A stretch of DNA of 64,000 nucleotides, taken from the NCBI RefSeq assembly GCF_009914755.1, contig NC_060928.1; one strand, 5' to 3'. Shown one piece after another: positions 57,425 to 64,000 of the stretch (positions are counted from its first letter, which is position 1; each line of letters starts with the position of its first letter). This DNA comes from the human T2T-CHM13v2.0 reference genome, Homo sapiens. A program made the position numbers and the translations under genes. The notes beneath the pieces were generated by a model. It had not been told where the DNA came from. It did not search any database and saw nothing but the letters and a program-made list of their open reading frames with translations.

Positions 57425-58379
57425 GACGGCCTAAAGGTGGTTGTCTAAACAAGAATTTTATTCATTATCATGGGCAAATAGGAGAATTTTATTATGAGTA
57501 TAATGTGTCTTTAGTGGAAGGCTCAAAGCAGCAATTAAACTACTGGGCTTTTCCAAGAACATTTATGTATACGGCAGTATTTCCCAACTATAATTCTGGT
57601 TTAATAGATGTTTTATTAAAAAAAAAATCTGGGTGGGCAGGAGCTCCAAAACATCTATGTTATAAACGGTTAAATTTATTTATTTATGGCAAGTTTTCTT
57701 AGCGATCTGAATAATCTATATGTCTGGTTGGTATCTCAGAGGATGATCAATCATGCCTCATTTCCCAACATTTTTCCTATAAAACTCAGTCCTCCTGACA
57801 CATCTTAAAGTATGTCTTCAGAAAGTACACTATAAACAAATAGCTAATCATTTTGACAAATTGAGTTAGTTCATGCAAACATGAATGTTCTATAATAGAT
57901 ACCATCAGTAAAACTAGCCAGAAATTTTAATCAAAGTCATAAATATGATAGTTTTTTTAAGGAAAGGACATACTATACTTGTTCATCAGTTTGAAAACAG
58001 TTAAAAAGTTTCTTATTCCTGATTTCTATTAAGTCATATGTGCACCATACTATGAAACAGTGTATGACCATGCAATAAAAGTTAATATCCTTTAACCTAT
58101 AATGCACACAGTGTTTTCTTAATAGTATGTGACTGTAGTCGTATAATACTGGTTTAAGTCAAATATGATTTGAAGATTACTAAATGGTATTAGGTATCTT
58201 CAAACCAATGATGGATAAGTAAATTCCCAATATTTAATTTCAGTATAAAACTGATCTAGCGGTCTTAATTTGGCTGCTCTACAGGGCATAAGAAAAGTTA
58301 TCATTTGGAACAAAGAGCTCTTTTATGAATATGAGGTTTTCAACTTAAAAAAACCCAACAACCATAAGACACTATCCAC

Positions 58380-59200
58380 ATATGCTTTACATTTTTTAAC
58401 ACATTTTCATATGTATGATTTCATTCAGTCTTCAGAATAACCCTATGTAATAGGTATCACAGTGTTCGTTTTATAGATTAAGAGAGTGAAGAAAACGAGT
58501 TCACATTAAATGGTAAAAATAACACAGCTTGTGGGCAGAGCCACGACATAATCCGAGAGTCTTGACTCCAAATCCCATGCCCTCTCCACTAAAGCTCGCT
58601 ATATTAATCTGAAAATGCCTGTAAATTGTAGATTATCAAAAGTAGTTGTTATTTCTCTAAAAAATCTACCTAGAGAAGAAGGAAATTGAAGAATTCCAAG
58701 CAAAGAAAATAAAATCTTTGGTTTTTGACAAGTGACAGGGTTGCCACAGATGTAGGCGCTCCCATCTTCCCCCCACTTTCAAACCTAGCGTTAAGACATT
58801 CTCAATCTGTACTCATATGCCAGCCAGAGATAACCAAGATTATCAGTCATTTAAATGTTTACTCAAGTTAATTACAATGGACTTTTACTCTCAAATAAGA
58901 GATTTAGTCCTTATTTTGGGGGGCTAACATTGAAGAAGCTTGGGTTACAAAGTTGGGCTTGCCCCAAGGCTCTAAGACTCCGATTACATGTATTCAAATC
59001 CTTTTCCTAATACCTACCAGGACTGGACAGTTGGGTAATTTATTTAATCCTACTATGCCTGAGTGTCCTCATCTGTAAAATGGGCATAATGACAGCACAA
59101 AGTGGTTGTGAGGATTAATAATAATAATAATAATATAAAAACTTAAAACAATGCCTGACATGTACTAAGTGGTCAATAAACATTTATCATTATCATTATG
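58380..59200. mobile_element. Two MIRs (about 58380-58590 minus; about 58940-59200 plus)
   Basis: ttcagaataaccctatgtaataggt...cttgactccaaatcccatgc; gtgtcctcatctgtaaaatgggcataat...ggttgtgaggattaa...aatgcctgacatgtactaagtggtcaataaa. Confidence 0.65.
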
Positions 59201-61307
59201 AGACTTCATAAAGTGAGAGCAAAATCAGAAACATATAGCAACTCCCTGAGTTGTGAGTTACCAGAAAAAAGATCAAGACTAATGATAGGCCACCATTCAA
59301 CAATGACCTCCATACAGTAAGACGTGCTGGCTTTCTGCACTGATCATTGTCTCCAGGGAGCAAGTTCAATTTCTACCTATTAGATGAAACTCAAAACTCA
59401 ATAATGAAACTAACTCCTCCCACAGCAGGATAATCTGTAAAAGCTCCCCTTTTCAAGCCAATGTGTTCTAAGGAGTCATTCATATAGATTTAATGATGTA
59501 ACTAGCCACCAAAATCACCTGGGAGATCTCACTGAAATAATCAGTGATCAAAGGCAAAGGGCCAAATTTTGTTATGAAAGTCTTATTTTGATAAGCTCTG
59601 ACTACATAGAAATCCACAATCACTGACACTGATTAAGCACATGCCTATAATTAGCGAGGTCAATTTTCCTCCTAGACATTTACCTCATTTTCATTTAAAT
59701 TAATATAATTCTTTAGCCAAAATGTAAGAGAAGAATGTTAGGGAAACACTATTCACTCTAATAGCAATAATCAAACATTTTCATCCTTAAGGTGTAACAG
59801 CATAACAATGTACCTCTTTGTTAAGAAAACTCTCATGTCCTTTCCTGAGATTTTGTCTGGTATATATTCTCTGAATTGAGTGTACCTTGAGGGAAATTCA
59901 TTTCTACCAAATGCAATATTTACAATAATATTTATAATTAATATAAATAATAATTCACAGTGTTATATATTACATTTACCAAATGTAGTATGTGCGTTGA
60001 AGCCAAAAAGAGAAATCTGTTTTCAAAGTTTTAAAAATAAATGCAAATTGCCATGAAATTAAAACAAAAACTATTCAGCTAGCCAAAGGCATTAAGCAAA
60101 ATATCAGAGAATATAAATAGACTTCTCTAATATTTGGATGTAACTAAATCAGGTTTTTACCAAAACACAGAATGCTTTAATTACATGCATTATTATCGAT
60201 TTCTTCCCAATTCCTCATTTCTAATATTAGAAAAGGAATCAAGCGAAAGTTTTCTATTTTTTTCTCTTCAACTTAATTATCTATTAACAATCCAGTTACC
60301 AAGTAAGCAAAATATAATTTACTCTTAATTTGTTACAGTGAAAGCATTTTCCTTCCTTTGGTACAGAAAAAAACTAAATGAAGGGGAAAGAAAGTTCAAT
60401 TATGTGTACCAGAGACAAGGACTTGGTGACCATTCTAATCCTAATGTCCCTTCTAACTAAATAAAACTAACCTTCAGTTGTTTTCATCATGTAAGCATTT
60501 AAAAAATTTCTAATTTAATAAAGCTAATGCAAATGGCTCCAGAACAAATATATTGCTGATATAATTGTAAATTTATTTTAAAACACTACTAATCTATTTT
60601 CAATGTGACATATTTTTCCATATAGTATAAAGATGAACGCCATCTAGCAAAGATTTAGAAACAATGTGATCAGTTTAAAATTAAAGTTGTATCACCAAAG
60701 CTCAACAAAAGCACTAAGGAGTGAAGAGAAGACATATTCAGTAGATGACAGACTGCATCATTACCAAATTTGGAACATCTTGTATTAAACAACTATCTCG
60801 CTTAATTAAAAGAGAAAGTCCCTAAATCTTAAATGTTTATTCCAAGATTTAATATCTAATAGAAGAATCTAAAAATTATGGTGCTTTTTGAGATGAATTT
60901 TTTTGGCTGACCTACATATGAATGCAAAGGAAAGATATTTCATAATCAATAAATTACGCAGCATTATAAATGATTTCTCATTGAAAAATATTATTTAAAC
61001 GTTGTACCCTGTAAGGGAAAATAGTAACATGGTCCTCAAATAAACTTAAATTACATAATTTCCTTCTCATTTGCATAATAAATGACACTGTCTCAGATTA
61101 AGGAACTAGTGGTGATAACAAATGACCATAATTATACACTTTTGAATCCTGTATTTTCTTTACTGTTCCCAATCATGGTGTTATGAATTATATTTCACCA
61201 GCAGATCACGAGATTTTGGTGCTATATTCCAAAAACATGTGAGTCCTTCAAAACCACTTTGTAGAACTGCTCAATTGCTACAAAAATGGCCTGTAGATTA
61301 TAAAACT

Positions 61308-61626
61308 TTCCTTTATTTTTTTTTCTTTTCTTAAGACAGGGTGTCACTCTGTTGCCCAGGCTGAATTCAGCAGCGCAATCTCATTTCACTGCAGCCTTGA
61401 CCTCCCCAGTGCAGGTGATCCTCCCACCTCAGCCTCCTGAGTAGCTGGGACTATAGGTGCACACCACCAGATCCATTTATTTTTTATTTATTCATTTATT
61501 TATTTTAGTAGAGATGAGGCTTCACAATGTTGCCCAGGCTGATCTTAAACTCCTGGGCTCTCGCAATCAGTCCACCTGGGCCTCCCAAAATACTCAGATT
61601 ACAGGCGTGAGCCACCATACCTGGCC
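61308..61626 (-). mobile_element. Alu (AluJ-like)
   Basis: agacaggggtgtcactctgttgcccaggctg...cactgcagccttgacctcc...tacaggcgtgagccaccatacctggcc. Confidence 0.9.
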
Positions 61627-62009
61627 AGCCCCATAACCTACTTCTTACAGTTAAATAAAATCACCACATATATTTATGGCAAATCATATCAGAAACCATT
61701 TTGACAAAGAAGCTACTAAAAACATTTCCTTCCTAAAGTCACGTTCAAATATGAATATCACAATTCAATGATCGGTGAAAATAAAAATGTTCAAAAAATT
61801 ACGTAAGTAAAAGATGCTCTTTAGGAGCATCAATCAACTCAATGGTGCTAGCTCTTAGAAACTTCTAAAATTTGTTGAAGAAATGAGCCACAGTAGCAGA
61901 TAAACTGAGGCTGGACATTGTCTGTGGATTTCATTTATCCCTGGAGCACTTTACTCTGGTATCAATAGTTCTGAATATGTGGATTTGGGGCCTGACTCCA
62001 CCACAACCA

Positions 62010-62420
62010 TGTAAAATAAGTGTTTATTGTTCCTGTTTGACAGATTAAGAAAAAGAGGTTAAATAACCTGTTCAGGTTCACTCTACTATTAAGTAGCAGA
62101 GTTTGGATGCACACTCAGGTATATTTGGTTTCAACTGTTCACACTATTCTCTTCTAAACTACCTAATCTATTAAACAAAACTAGTATTCTAAAATAACTT
62201 TCAGAAACATATTCAATATTTAGACTATGAAATCTAATTCTGTTTACATGTTGAGTGAGTTGAAACACTACAGTGTAGTGTTTACTGGCCCTCAAGTTAG
62301 CAGAGAGAATCAGTCAAGGATCTGCCACTCACCGACTACATAGGTGTGGGCATTTCACTTCACTTCTCAATAGCTCAGTTTCCTTATTGCTAAAATGAGC
62401 CAACAGTGACAGTAATCTTC
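62010..62420. mobile_element. MIR fragments
   Basis: gacagattaagaaa...gaggttaaataacctgttcaggttcac; ctcagtttccttattgctaaaatgag. Confidence 0.5.
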
Positions 62421-63764
62421 AAATCGCTTTGCGTTTTCAAAAGCTATTCAGGGGCTTCACATATTTATCTCTCATATATAGCCATTTCTTCTGTTGCACA
62501 AATCCCAGATACATCCCCAAATCTACAGGTTTAGGGGAACATATTTAAATCACGAATCAGCCTAAGACAAGGTCCAGTGCAGTCGGTTGTACAGTGTGAC
62601 TACTGCACAAGTGTCTGGATGAGGCAGAAACTGAGGGCCTGAAATCCTTATCCCCAAAAATGAGTCAAACTGTGGACCTTTTCTACATTCCTGCATGGGG
62701 TAGACACAGGCCAGACAGAGGCCCCGAGTGACGCTCAAGGGACACATATCATAATAAAAGACTTGTTTGTCAAGGTTGGAAAAGGAAAGAAATGAAATAG
62801 TCTTATTACTCATCTTCATTTTTTGGAACTTGAGGATGAACTACCTGTCTTGGAAGAGCCCAGCAAGGAACAGGGTCTTAATAAACTTGATGGAAGAATA
62901 AACAGAGAAAAGAGGAGAAACTGTCAAAGAATGAGTGTGAAGGGAAAGCTGAAAGATAAAAGAGAGGAAGAGAGAGTTATTAAATGGAGCTATGAAGAAT
63001 ACACTAGTTTTCCTCCTCAATAATAATGGAAGAGGGAATAATGCCCCTTTCCCAAATAATAAGATTTAACCTCAGCAAATCCTGAGTTAAATCAAAAGAT
63101 AATTGGTCTTTACTATCAAATACTATTCAGCTAATATTAAAAACTCCCATTAAAAACCCGTTAAAAACTGAATTTTAGCATTAAATAACTGGTTTTCAGA
63201 GTTAAAATGTTAAAGGATTGAAACATACTCTCCTGCCCTTACTGTGGATTTTTTTTCCCTTTGCTTAATTTTTGTTGTTGTTACACCCAAGTTTTCCCAT
63301 AGCTCTCACCATATGAGGTCAACTTCTGTTTTCACAAACACTAGGAAAGCTGAATAATAATTACTCACAGTTTAAATTCCTTTCCAGAAACAATTCATTT
63401 AGAAAAAACAAAGGAAAAAAATTATGTATAATAACGGAAAATATAGTTCATCCAACATCCCGATAAGATAGGAACTCAAATAATATTTCAGTGGTGGGAT
63501 AAACTGTAAAGCAAACTACTCTCTGAGAAAAAAAAGAATAGAGACCTAAAATGAAGTAAATGGGTATGCAAGAAAAAGTGGCAAGTTTTAAGTGCTGAAA
63601 TGTACAGAAATACACATTTTCAAAAGTCTTAAAGCAGACACAAGTGAAAAATACAAGAATATTCTCTACCACTATTTGTACTCCATAGTTTTTACTGGCT
63701 ATCCACATACTTCTTCCCAGCACAAATAAACGCATTGTCCCTTTGAAAACACCTGCTAAAGATT

Positions 63765-63890
63765 TGAGTTTGTTCATTCACTAAAAAGCTTTTGTTAAAG
63801 TGCCTATTATGTGTCAAGACACTGAGCTAGGTGTTATGAAATCAAAGTTAAAATCTTACTTTGCAGCAGGGCATACAATGGGGGAAAATG
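63765..63890 (-). mobile_element. L2 3' end
   Basis: ttcattcactaaaaagcttttgttaaagtgcctattatgtgtcaagacactgagctaggtg. Confidence 0.6.
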
Positions 63891-64000
63891 GAAGGGTGTG
63901 ACTGGGGCTTTATTGTCAAAGTCTGATATGCTACAATTTTATGGTCTTGTGCTTCAAAGTTTCCTATTTCATCACTGCATCTGGAAAGTATACTATGTAT

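Noticed and set aside
57035-57702. ORFs over the L1 fragment
   Set aside because: This is a 5'-truncated, diverged L1 3' end with no intact ORF2.

Overview
Primate, almost certainly human, AT-rich intronic DNA from the calcineurin A-alpha gene PPP3CA, which is transcribed on the minus strand. The only protein-coding sequence is the 201-nt exon 2 (40700-40900, minus strand; (A)[66 protein letters not shown](V)), with canonical splice sites. The rest is intron 1 (higher coordinates) and intron 2 (lower coordinates), filled with about 13 Alus, MIR, L2, L1 3' ends, MaLR LTRs and DNA-transposon MITEs. The supplied ORF track is essentially noise from Alus and random ORFs. I see no new multi-gene system. 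The most unexpected signal is a decayed retroviral envelope gene at about 23250-24400 with no recognisable LTR. Its SU CxxC-like, YFxCG, furin, immunosuppressive-domain and CX6CC motifs are still readable in order across frameshifts. Other leads are a candidate recursive splice site, inverted Alu pairs around a stop-free 3n exon (possible circRNA and editing), a CRE plus NF-kB motif cluster, and a 44-bp L1 insertion with perfect TSDs. Repeat family names come from recognising consensus sequence by eye, and MIR/L2 boundaries are approximate.
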